From: an uncultured bacterium
Lineage (GTDB): Bacteria > RBG-13-61-14 > DRUE01
Reading direction: 5' to 3'
NCBI GenBank assembly: GCA_964592965.1
Contig: CAZQJX010000001.1
Coordinates: 1-53,656 of the forward strand
DNA length: 53,656 nt
Below, in pieces: positions 37,301 through 44,917 of the stretch. Numbering within the stretch: the stretch's first letter is position 1; the number at the start of each line of letters is the position of its first letter. The notes below the pieces were generated by a model. The model saw nothing but the letters and a program-made list of their open reading frames with translations, ran no database searches and was not told the DNA's origin. Made by a program: the position numbers and the translations under genes.

Positions 37301-38746
37301 TTATGGATGACGAAGAGCTTTTTTTTCTATTTTCTTCTCAATAGCGCTGAGGAATCTTCTTTTAAAATCTATGGTTTTAGTCTGAGCTTTTGAGATAATT
37401 CTCGGTTCCGCCCATCCCACCCATCCATATTTTATCTCATTACTTTTGGTGATTAAATCCAGCCAGATTTTTTTGCCTGCCCAGTTTTTTAGCTCCAGCT
37501 CAAAATCCTGCCAGCTGGTAAAAACATCTTTTTTGGGCACAATGCGCTTTTTAAAGATTAACTCACCTTGCACTGCTACCATAAAATCAACTGGCTGGCT
37601 TCGCTTTAGCCATACTTTGGGATTAAATCCCAAGCTGAATTTAAAAACAGGCTGGCTGGGAAGGGTTAATTGAAAACTTATCATTGCTGGTGGATTGGCA
37701 AAAATCACCCTTTGCCAGCGCTCCCCTACAACAAAAGCGGTTTTAAATACTCGCTTTTTAGCATCTTTTGGATAAATATGAGCTTTTTTGAAAAGCTCAA
37801 GCAAAGATATATAAGAATCAGGTAGAAATGTTTTGCTGGCTAGGTATCTTCCAAGCATCTCCGCTCCCTTATAAAATGGCTCGCATATTCCTGCCCATAA
37901 TTTTTTTTGAAAAGGCTCTTCAAAATTCTCAAGTTCTTTTACAAAGGAATAGCTATCTTTAAAAAAAGCCCGACAAACTTCCTTCAAATCAGGATAATAA
38001 ATTGCTCCGAAATATTTGCCAGCTATTTTTTGGTCAATCCAGCCACGCTTGAACAGGTATAAAACATTGGGCTGGTGGCTATGATAAACCACAGAATCAG
38101 GACAGAAGGCGATTTTGTATCCAGCAAAAAGACAGGCTTTGCTCCAAAGCAAATCCTCTGCCCACTCCACACTTGGAATGGGAATTTTATCAAGAACATC
38201 TTTTCGCCGAAGTGAGCTCACATCATCAAAATCGCAAAACAAAATCCGCTCAATTGGCTCCAGCTTGTGGTATTGCATTAAATCTTTAAGCTCAGAGATA
38301 GCCGGTTGGTTTGAGTAAGCCTTTCTTTTCTTCAGCCGAACCTTTTCTGAAATCGTGGCATTTTCTCGGGGAAGTTGCCTGCTGTATGTTCCTGCGATTT
38401 TCTCATCTTTAAGAGCTGGCTTTACAAGATTAATCAGCCAGTATTCATTGGCAGGAAAAGCATCTGCTACCAGATAAACTAAAAATTCTCCTTGAGCCAA
38501 TTTAGAAGCATAAGCTCGGGTTGCGCCATGAGAAAAACTTTCTCTTGATACCTCAATTAAGCGAACAGAATGATTTTTAGCAAACCAGCGGACAATTTCA
38601 ACGGTCTGGTCAGAAGAGCCAGAATCCACCACCAAAACCTCATAGGCAAAATCTGTTTTCTGATTTAAAACCCTTTCTAGACAGGTCTTGATATTCTTTT
38701 CTTCATTAAGGGTAGGAATGATTATGCTGACCTTCGGCTCCATCAT
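37301..38746 (-). CDS. GT2-family (GT-A) glycosyltransferase with an extra C-terminal module
   Basis: VSIIIPTLNEE...VLVVDSGSSDQT...LVADAFP in the GT-A N-terminal half. The C-terminal module (about 37394-37717) is homologous to the tails of both class B rSAM proteins. Confidence 0.85.
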   Translation of the reverse strand: MMEPKVSIIIPTLNEEKNIKTCLERVLNQKTDFAYEVLVVDSGSSDQTVEIVRWFAKNHSVRLIEVSRESFSHGATRAYASKLAQGEFLVYLVADAFPANEYWLINLVKPALKDEKIAGTYSRQLPRENATISEKVRLKKRKAYSNQPAISELKDLMQYHKLEPIERILFCDFDDVSSLRRKDVLDKIPIPSVEWAEDLLWSKACLFAGYKIAFCPDSVVYHSHQPNVLYLFKRGWIDQKIAGKYFGAIYYPDLKEVCRAFFKDSYSFVKELENFEEPFQKKLWAGICEPFYKGAEMLGRYLASKTFLPDSYISLLELFKKAHIYPKDAKKRVFKTAFVVGERWQRVIFANPPAMISFQLTLPSQPVFKFSLGFNPKVWLKRSQPVDFMVAVQGELIFKKRIVPKKDVFTSWQDFELELKNWAGKKIWLDLITKSNEIKYGWVGWAEPRIISKAQTKTIDFKRRFLSAIEKKIEKKALRHP

Positions 38747-39801
38747 TCTAACAGCTCAGCATTAAACCAAGGACTGCGAGATTCAACAAGGCAAAGCTGA
38801 CAATAATTAGGATACTTCCCTTGTGAAATCCTTTTTCTTGCCTCTTTATATTTATCCCCGTTCCATATCTGCTCAAACCCTGCTTCTTTTAATGTGCCCA
38901 TAAATTCTGCGGTTCCACAGCAAAGAAAAATTCTTCCATTGGTTCTTACTCCAAAATTTATCCAGGGTTGAGGGCATCGCTTGATGCGCTTTTTTCCTTC
39001 CAAATATGTGCTGGTAAAGATTAATCTTTTGCCAAGAGCATCCTTTTTGAGATTTTCAAGCCTGCTCATCAACTCGGCATCAGCGGGAACATAATTCTTT
39101 TGAAAAAAATCCTGATACTTTGCATCAAAGCTGAAAATCGGACTGAGAGGTTCAACCACCAGATGATTTATACCCAAAGAGCTGGCGAATTCTACCACCT
39201 TATCCAGCTCTTTTAGATTCTCTTTGAAAAGCGTAAATTGCATATTAAGATAGGGCTTTGATTTTCCCTGTTTTTTCTTTTCCTCATCAAGCAGTTTAAT
39301 AGCCTCTACCACCTGCTCCAGCTCAGCCCCTCTGCGAATTCTCCGATAGGTATCTGGATTTATTGCATCAATGGAAAATGAAAGGCAGTCTAGCTCAAGC
39401 TCAACCAGTTCCTTTGCGCAGGCAGAATCAATTAAAGTTCCATTGGTATTTAAAATTACCTCCAGCTTAAGCTGTTTTACCTCTTTTGCCAGCTCAAAAA
39501 ACTTTGGATGCAAAAAAGGCTCACCACCACCGCTTAAAAAGCATCTTTGAGCATATTCCAAAACAGGTTTGAGCCTTTGGATAAAATCAAGGTCTAAAAA
39601 TTTCTCCTCATACTGATACTCGCTAACTCCCATTGCCACAGGACACATTGGACAGGAAAGATTGCACACGCTGGTTGCTTCAAGATAAACCACCAGCGGA
39701 AAATGTTTAACTTTTACTTTGCCTTTTTTCCAGGCTATCTGCGCCTGTTTTTTGTTCCAAGCTTTTTTCTCTAAAAGAGAGCTTTTAGCAAAAAAAATCA
39801 T
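38743..39801 (-). CDS. Radical SAM enzyme with a SPASM/twitch-like C-terminal Cys domain
   Basis: CNLSCPMC at residues 46-53. C-terminal KRC-x17-CC ... CQLC. Lies 3 nt after the wzt stop. Confidence 0.8.
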   Translation of the reverse strand: MIFFAKSSLLEKKAWNKKQAQIAWKKGKVKVKHFPLVVYLEATSVCNLSCPMCPVAMGVSEYQYEEKFLDLDFIQRLKPVLEYAQRCFLSGGGEPFLHPKFFELAKEVKQLKLEVILNTNGTLIDSACAKELVELELDCLSFSIDAINPDTYRRIRRGAELEQVVEAIKLLDEEKKKQGKSKPYLNMQFTLFKENLKELDKVVEFASSLGINHLVVEPLSPIFSFDAKYQDFFQKNYVPADAELMSRLENLKKDALGKRLIFTSTYLEGKKRIKRCPQPWINFGVRTNGRIFLCCGTAEFMGTLKEAGFEQIWNGDKYKEARKRISQGKYPNYCQLCLVESRSPWFNAELLE

Positions 39802-39804
39802 CTT

Positions 39805-41052
39805 TTAACTTATCTTCCAGCTTGCTTTGGGAATAAATACGCCTCGGTCAATAACCTTTGGGCTCTGCACCTCAAAACGAACCACATCAAAAACCTCATC
39901 AACGCACGCGCAGGCACCGCTTTTTCCTCTAAAAATATTCACTGATAGCTGATACCTTGCCGGTAAAAGCTCGTTTTGAAATTTATAGCTCACTTTGCCC
40001 TTATGACCAGCTGATATTTTCTCTGGCAAATCTATTTCAACTTTTTGACCAAATTCAGAAGCAAGCTGAGCACATTCCTGATTGGTGCTCAAAATCAAAA
40101 CCCCATCACTGCGGAAAATGTTAATCCCAAAGAGCAAATCACTAATATCCTTTTTAACCTCATATTCAAACTCTATCTCCACCTCCTCTCCGGTTTTGAA
40201 GACATAAACTTCTTCTCCCAAAGAATTCTTCATCTTTACAGATACCACCCTTGCCTCTCCTGTGCCTCTTCTTTTCCATTCACCTTCTTTTCTCTCCTCT
40301 CTCAACGCCTCTTGATAAATATCTTCCAGATAAGCAGATAAAACATCGTCTATCTTTCCCTGCGCGTAAATTCTACCTTCTTTTAAATAAATTCCACGCT
40401 CGCACAAACCCCGAATCATTGTTAAATCATGCGAGGCAATTATTAAAGTTTTTCCTTGCTCCTTCATCTCTAGCATTCTCCGCAGGCATTTGGAGCGAAA
40501 ATGCTCATCACCAACTGCCAGCGCCTCATCAATCAAAAAAATATCTGGCTCAAGCGCCTGTGCAAGGGAAAACCCCAAGCGAAGATACATTCCATCAGAA
40601 TAGGTGCGAACAGGAAGGTCAATAAAATCCCCCAGCTCAGAGAATTCTATCATCTGCTGAATTTTTTCATCTAGTTCTTTTGATGAAAAGCCTGCAATCA
40701 TTCCATTCAGCCTAAGATTTTCTCTCCCAGTAAATTCAGGATGAAAACCGCTTCCCAGCTCCAAAAGCGTAGCAAGCCTACCTAAAATCCCTATTTTACC
40801 TTTGGTAGGTGGACTAATTCCTGCTAGCACTTTAAGAAGAGTGGTTTTACCAGCGCCGTTTCTTCCCACAATTCCAAAGCACTCTCCTTTTTTGACTTCA
40901 AAGCTTACATCCCTAAGCGCCACCACCTGACAATGATATTTTCTTTTACCAAGTAAAATCCGCTCATAAAGCCAATGTCTGGGCTTGGTATATACCTTAA
41001 AGACCTTCCAGAGCTCGCTCGCTTTAACAGCTACCTCAGACACGGTCTGCAA
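39805..41052 (-). CDS. wzt: Glycan-export ABC transporter ATPase (Wzt/TagH type) with a C-terminal beta-sandwich extension
   Basis: GRNGAGKTTLLK Walker A, YSDGMYLRLGFS signature, IDEALAVGD Walker B. A C-terminal domain of about 155 aa (39805-40278) begins WKRRGTGEARVVSV, like the Wzt carbohydrate-binding domains. Confidence 0.85.
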   Translation of the reverse strand: MQTVSEVAVKASELWKVFKVYTKPRHWLYERILLGKRKYHCQVVALRDVSFEVKKGECFGIVGRNGAGKTTLLKVLAGISPPTKGKIGILGRLATLLELGSGFHPEFTGRENLRLNGMIAGFSSKELDEKIQQMIEFSELGDFIDLPVRTYSDGMYLRLGFSLAQALEPDIFLIDEALAVGDEHFRSKCLRRMLEMKEQGKTLIIASHDLTMIRGLCERGIYLKEGRIYAQGKIDDVLSAYLEDIYQEALREERKEGEWKRRGTGEARVVSVKMKNSLGEEVYVFKTGEEVEIEFEYEVKKDISDLLFGINIFRSDGVLILSTNQECAQLASEFGQKVEIDLPEKISAGHKGKVSYKFQNELLPARYQLSVNIFRGKSGACACVDEVFDVVRFEVQSPKVIDRGVFIPKASWKIS

Positions 41053-41884
41053 ACCCCTTTTTCAAGCGGTTGAAAATCCAAAAGCCTAAAACAAGAGAAA
41101 CAGCCATCATCGCTGTAAGAAAAACCACTGATTTTAATTCTGGCAAACTTTTTTCCAGCAAAAGCCTTCTGTATCCTTCTACAAGATGTGCCATTGGATT
41201 GAGCCAGATAAATATCTGGAATTTAGCAGGAACCATATTAGCAGGATAAAATATTGGCGTGGCATACATCCAAACTAAAAGTAGCACTGGCACCAGTTGA
41301 ATAATATCCCTTACCCAAACGCTGAGCCCTGAAATAAGATACCCCAGTCCCAAGCCAAAGCCCAGTTGAACCAAAATCCAAACAAAAACTAAAACCAAGC
41401 CCAAAAAACTCAGTTTTCCTTTAAAACCCGCCCATAAAATTAAAACCAAAAATCCAATCACCTGCCCGCAAAGACCGCTTAAAACAGGAACCGCAGGAAG
41501 AATACCAACTGGAAATTTAACTCTGCTGATGAGGTTGCGATGCTCAATAAGATAACTACCTGCTCTAATTAATCCTTCTTGAAACCCTAGCCAAGGGATA
41601 AGTCCGCAAAGAATATAAAGAGCACTTATTCCAACACCTTTTTCAGCACCGAATTTTGCCTGAAAAACTATGGCAAAGATAAAGGTGAAAATAAGAAGCA
41701 ATAAAAGCGGATGAATAACTGTCCAGAAAATTCCAATCAGGCTTCCAACATACTTACTGCGCAAATCCCGCTCAACCATTCGCCAAAGCAGGCGCCAGTT
41801 TGTCTTCCAGCTAGCCACACCCTTTAATAACCTATCATTTATTTTTGCAAAGATAAAATCTTTTAGCTTAAATTTTTGAGACAC
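41036..41884 (-). CDS. wzm: ABC-2 type glycan-export permease
   Basis: Six-TM ABC-2 profile. The 3' end overlaps the wzt start by 17 nt. Confidence 0.85.
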   Translation of the reverse strand: MSQKFKLKDFIFAKINDRLLKGVASWKTNWRLLWRMVERDLRSKYVGSLIGIFWTVIHPLLLLLIFTFIFAIVFQAKFGAEKGVGISALYILCGLIPWLGFQEGLIRAGSYLIEHRNLISRVKFPVGILPAVPVLSGLCGQVIGFLVLILWAGFKGKLSFLGLVLVFVWILVQLGFGLGLGYLISGLSVWVRDIIQLVPVLLLVWMYATPIFYPANMVPAKFQIFIWLNPMAHLVEGYRRLLLEKSLPELKSVVFLTAMMAVSLVLGFWIFNRLKKGFADRV

Positions 41885-41915
41885 TTATGAGCAAATTAGT
41901 TCCGAGCAGGCTTTT

Positions 41916-42373
41916 TCAAAACAGCAAAAAGCGAAACTCCAAAGCCAAGTTTGGCTCGTTGGCTTCTTCCCTGCCAAATAAAAGCCTCAAGCAAAATCTT
42001 ATTGAAGAGCTTTGAAGGAGGGGGTCTTCCAATCGCCTGCTTTTGCTAATTTTCAACTTGGTGCGAAGTTTGCGACAAACAAGAATAGGAAAGAAAGCCA
42101 GCGAGTTCACATAATACTTAAAAAATCAAATATCCTGAACCATAAAATACTTTCTCCAAAGATTTCCAAAACCAACCGTTGGAGCAAAAAGATTCTAAGC
42201 TAGCTTAAATCCCATACACCGATATAGGGTGGTAGGTGATAATGCTTCCACACCCAAACACCGTAGCAATAAATAGCTTGGTCAGCTCTTAATCCAAACC
42301 AAATGGTAAGCTATAAATTAAATGCACTAATTATTAAGCTCGGAATAAAAAATTTTGCCTGAAAAATTTTCAC
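41916..42373 (-). pseudogene. Decayed, truncated tandem paralogue of the upstream GT-C (ArnT/PMT-like) glycosyltransferase gene
   Basis: The minus-strand frame starting at the GTG at 42371-42373 reads VKIFQAKFFIPSLIISAFNL*LTIWFGLRADQAIYCYGVWVWKHYHLPPYIGVWDLS*LRIFLLQRLVLEIFGESILWFRIFDFLSIM*. This aligns with residues about 5-95 of the intact neighbour (...FWLALIAGGIFLLPSLWFGFTMDQAVGAYVAWVWKKYHLVPYVGAWDLSFPGMYIVHRLALEIFGESILGFRLFDFLAQL...). In-frame stops lie at 42311-42313, 42200-42202 and 42107-42109. A frameshift follows (NSLAFFPILVC against SSLAGFFSSIFY), and everything beyond about 150 codons is lost. Confidence 0.8.
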
Positions 42374-42376
42374 CCC

Positions 42377-43975
42377 TTACTCCTGCTCTATCTTTTCTGC
42401 ATCCTGCTTCAAAACATACACCTCAATTCCTTCTACCTCTCCCACCCTGCGATAATTTTTCAGCAAAAATTCTTTTAGCTTTGGAAAATATTTGTTTAGA
42501 ATTTCGCTCAGATAAGGGCTGGGAAGAGCAAACACTTCCCAGCCTGGAATTTGTTTGGCAAGCAGAAAGAATTTGGGACGGGATTTAATAACATCTCGTG
42601 TATATTCCTCAATCCATTTTTTCTGCTGACCAGTAAGCCCGTATCTGCCTGCCCCGATAAAAAGATGGTATATCACGCAGAATCTGCTTGGAAGTTTCTT
42701 TTTTAAAAGATAAGGCACAATCGGATGCCAGCCAAAAAATTCTATTTCGTCATCTCTGCCAATAAATCGTTTCAAATACTTGACTGCGCGATAGTAGCGG
42801 GCATCATAACTATTTCCTAAAGAATATGCTACATCCAACTTTCGAAAACTCGCTTTAATAAAAAAATTGTAAAGTTGGGGATGAATTCCGCCCAGAAAAA
42901 TTATCACTAAAACTAAAAGATAAAGAGTGGCTTTTGAAAGAATCAGCTTGACCTGCTCCTGCAAATACTCAGCAAGCTTTACCAGACCACCACCAGCAAA
43001 AAGCATCATCATTCCCCAAAAAGGAATTGAATGATAGTAAAAATACTTCCCCTGAACAAAAAAAGAAAACAAACCTATGAGCATAAAAACAATTGCTATC
43101 CAGAAAAGCGACCTGCTCTTCTGCTCCCTTCCAGCAAATACTATTCCTAAAATTCCCAAAAAGAATAAAATCTGAAAGCGTGAAAGAATAGCATAAAATC
43201 CTGCCAGAAGCTGAATTAATAAAGACCCTGCAAAAGGATTTGTCCGACCATAAACTTTAAAACCATACCAAAGGGTAGCAAAGTATAACTCCCGCAGAGC
43301 GCCCTTATCTGCATAATAAGCAATCACCAGCAAGCTGGGAACAAGGCAGAAAATCCCAAAAACACCTGCCAAAAGCCAAGAGCGAGGTTGAGCCTTTTCT
43401 TTGGCTAAAAACCAAATTGCCAAAACCAGCCAGCTTAGCCCATAAAAAGGCTTTAATAAAAAAGCAAAGCCAAGCGCAAGACCGCTTAACACAGCAAGAA
43501 CAATTCTTTGCCTGTTCAGCCCGACTATCAAAACCAAGCAGAAAAGAAAAAGCAAAAGAACATACCCATCTTTTTCTGCTGTTTCCAAAGCTCCACCACT
43601 TACATAATAAACTGCATAAAAAATTGAAGAGAAAAATCCAGCCAAGCTTGAGCTGAAAAGTTCTCTGGCAAGATAAAAAATCATTCCCAGCACGCTTAGC
43701 TGAGCAAGGAAATCAAATAAACGAAATCCTAAAATGCTCTCTCCAAATATCTCCAGAGCCAGCCGATGAACAATATACATTCCAGGAAAGCTTAAATCCC
43801 AAGCGCCAACATAAGGCACTAAATGATATTTCTTCCACACCCAAGCAACATAAGCACCAACTGCTTGGTCCATTGTAAATCCGAACCAGAGGCTCGGAAG
43901 CAAAAAAATCCCGCCAGCTATTAGCGCAAGCCAAAAATAGCGGTCTTGATAAAATGGCTTTGAAAAGCTACTCAC
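42377..43975 (-). CDS. Polytopic GT-C fold membrane glycosyltransferase (ArnT/PMT/GT39-like)
   Basis: 532 aa with about 12 TM segments, an acidic residue in the first periplasmic loop (FTMDQAVG) and a soluble C-terminal tail. The family call rests on architecture rather than a strict motif. Confidence 0.6.
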   Translation of the reverse strand: MSSFSKPFYQDRYFWLALIAGGIFLLPSLWFGFTMDQAVGAYVAWVWKKYHLVPYVGAWDLSFPGMYIVHRLALEIFGESILGFRLFDFLAQLSVLGMIFYLARELFSSSLAGFFSSIFYAVYYVSGGALETAEKDGYVLLLFLFCLVLIVGLNRQRIVLAVLSGLALGFAFLLKPFYGLSWLVLAIWFLAKEKAQPRSWLLAGVFGIFCLVPSLLVIAYYADKGALRELYFATLWYGFKVYGRTNPFAGSLLIQLLAGFYAILSRFQILFFLGILGIVFAGREQKSRSLFWIAIVFMLIGLFSFFVQGKYFYYHSIPFWGMMMLFAGGGLVKLAEYLQEQVKLILSKATLYLLVLVIIFLGGIHPQLYNFFIKASFRKLDVAYSLGNSYDARYYRAVKYLKRFIGRDDEIEFFGWHPIVPYLLKKKLPSRFCVIYHLFIGAGRYGLTGQQKKWIEEYTRDVIKSRPKFFLLAKQIPGWEVFALPSPYLSEILNKYFPKLKEFLLKNYRRVGEVEGIEVYVLKQDAEKIEQE

Positions 43976-44114
43976 TCTTGGTTTTAATTATAGTCTTCAA
44001 ATCCTTATCAGAAAACAGGCAAAATTTTGCGAAAAGGATTTTTATTTTTAAAAGGACGGGAAAAAAGAGCTAGGGGGACAAAAAGAAATTATCTGCCCCT
44101 CTAAAAAAGAAGGT

Positions 44115-44792
44115 TTAGCTTTCGCTCAGAACAACAAGAGCATCCACTGCCACAGGATTGCCAGTGCGAGTGAGGATAAGAGGATTTATATCAACCTCTT
44201 TGATTTGAGGAATATCTACGCCCAGCTTGCCCAATCCCACCATTGCCTTAGCCAGCTTTTTCCGATTAGCAGGAGCCATTCCTCTAAAAGCAGATAAAAT
44301 CTTTTTGGCACGAATCTCTTCCATCATCTGATAGGCATCTTCCTCTGTAATAGGAGCCACCCGAAAGCAGACATCCTTTAAAATCTCGGTGTAAATTCCG
44401 CCCAAGCCAAACATCACGCAGGGACCAAATTGCGGGTCACGAATTAACCCCAGCACCAGCTCCCGCTCGCCTTTTACCATCTCCTGCACGAGCACACCTT
44501 CTAGTTTATCGCCAGCATTGGCTTTGATTTCCTTAAAAGCCTGCCTTACCTCTTTGGCATTTTTCAAATTCAGCCTAACAATGTCCATTTCTGTTTTATG
44601 CAGAAGCTCTTTCCCAGAGCCTTTTAATACTACTGGATAGCCTATCTTCTCAGCCATCTCCACCGCTTCTTTGGGGCTATGAACCAGATACTCTTTTGTC
44701 ACAGGAACACCATAGCGGGCAAGTATCTTTTTGGACTCATATTCAGTTAAACTCATCCTTCCCTCTTTCAATGCCTGCTTGATAATCTTCAT
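44115..44792 (-). CDS. Stand-alone ATP-grasp protein resembling the beta subunit/domain of ADP-forming acetyl-CoA synthetase
   Basis: LTEYESKKILARYGVPV...GYPVVLK...VQEMV...ELVLGLIRDPQFGPCVMFGLGGIYTE...VDINPL is the typical ACD-beta/ATP-grasp_5 pattern. No CoA-binding alpha partner is adjacent. Confidence 0.7.
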   Translation of the reverse strand: MKIIKQALKEGRMSLTEYESKKILARYGVPVTKEYLVHSPKEAVEMAEKIGYPVVLKGSGKELLHKTEMDIVRLNLKNAKEVRQAFKEIKANAGDKLEGVLVQEMVKGERELVLGLIRDPQFGPCVMFGLGGIYTEILKDVCFRVAPITEEDAYQMMEEIRAKKILSAFRGMAPANRKKLAKAMVGLGKLGVDIPQIKEVDINPLILTRTGNPVAVDALVVLSES

Positions 44793-44849
44793 CTTTTACT
44801 CCTTTAAAAAATTATCATTTCAAAAATACGATTTATTTTTTAAATGTCA

Positions 44850-44872
44850 AGAACATTCTCCAAGAATGTTTT
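44850..44872. promoter_or_regulatory. Inverted repeat (possible operator) in a divergent promoter region
   Basis: AGAACATTCT cca AGAATGTTTT: 8 perfect bp (44852-44859 / 44863-44870), extendable to 10 with one G:T. It is flanked by direct TGTCAA copies at 44845 and 44881 and lies between divergently transcribed genes (44792 and 44918). Confidence 0.25.
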
Positions 44873-44917
44873 CTGCTTCTTGTCAAACAGAAAAAGGAAT
44901 GTTAATTTTAATCTAAA

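Noticed and set aside
32125-39801. One of the SPASM rSAM proteins acting as an anaerobic sulfatase-maturating enzyme for the sulfatase at 46362-47240.
   Set aside because: The sulfatase copy lacks the entire N-terminal domain that carries the C/SxPxR target motif, and it is frameshifted. It is 7-14 kb away on the opposite strand, behind other transcription units. The rSAM genes are instead tightly coupled to GT and exporter genes.
41916-42203. Track ORFs 41916-42110(-) and 42012-42203(+) as small genes upstream of wzm.
   Set aside because: They fall inside the decayed GT-C paralogue. The minus-strand ORF is just an out-of-frame continuation of the pseudogene, and the plus-strand ORF is its antisense.
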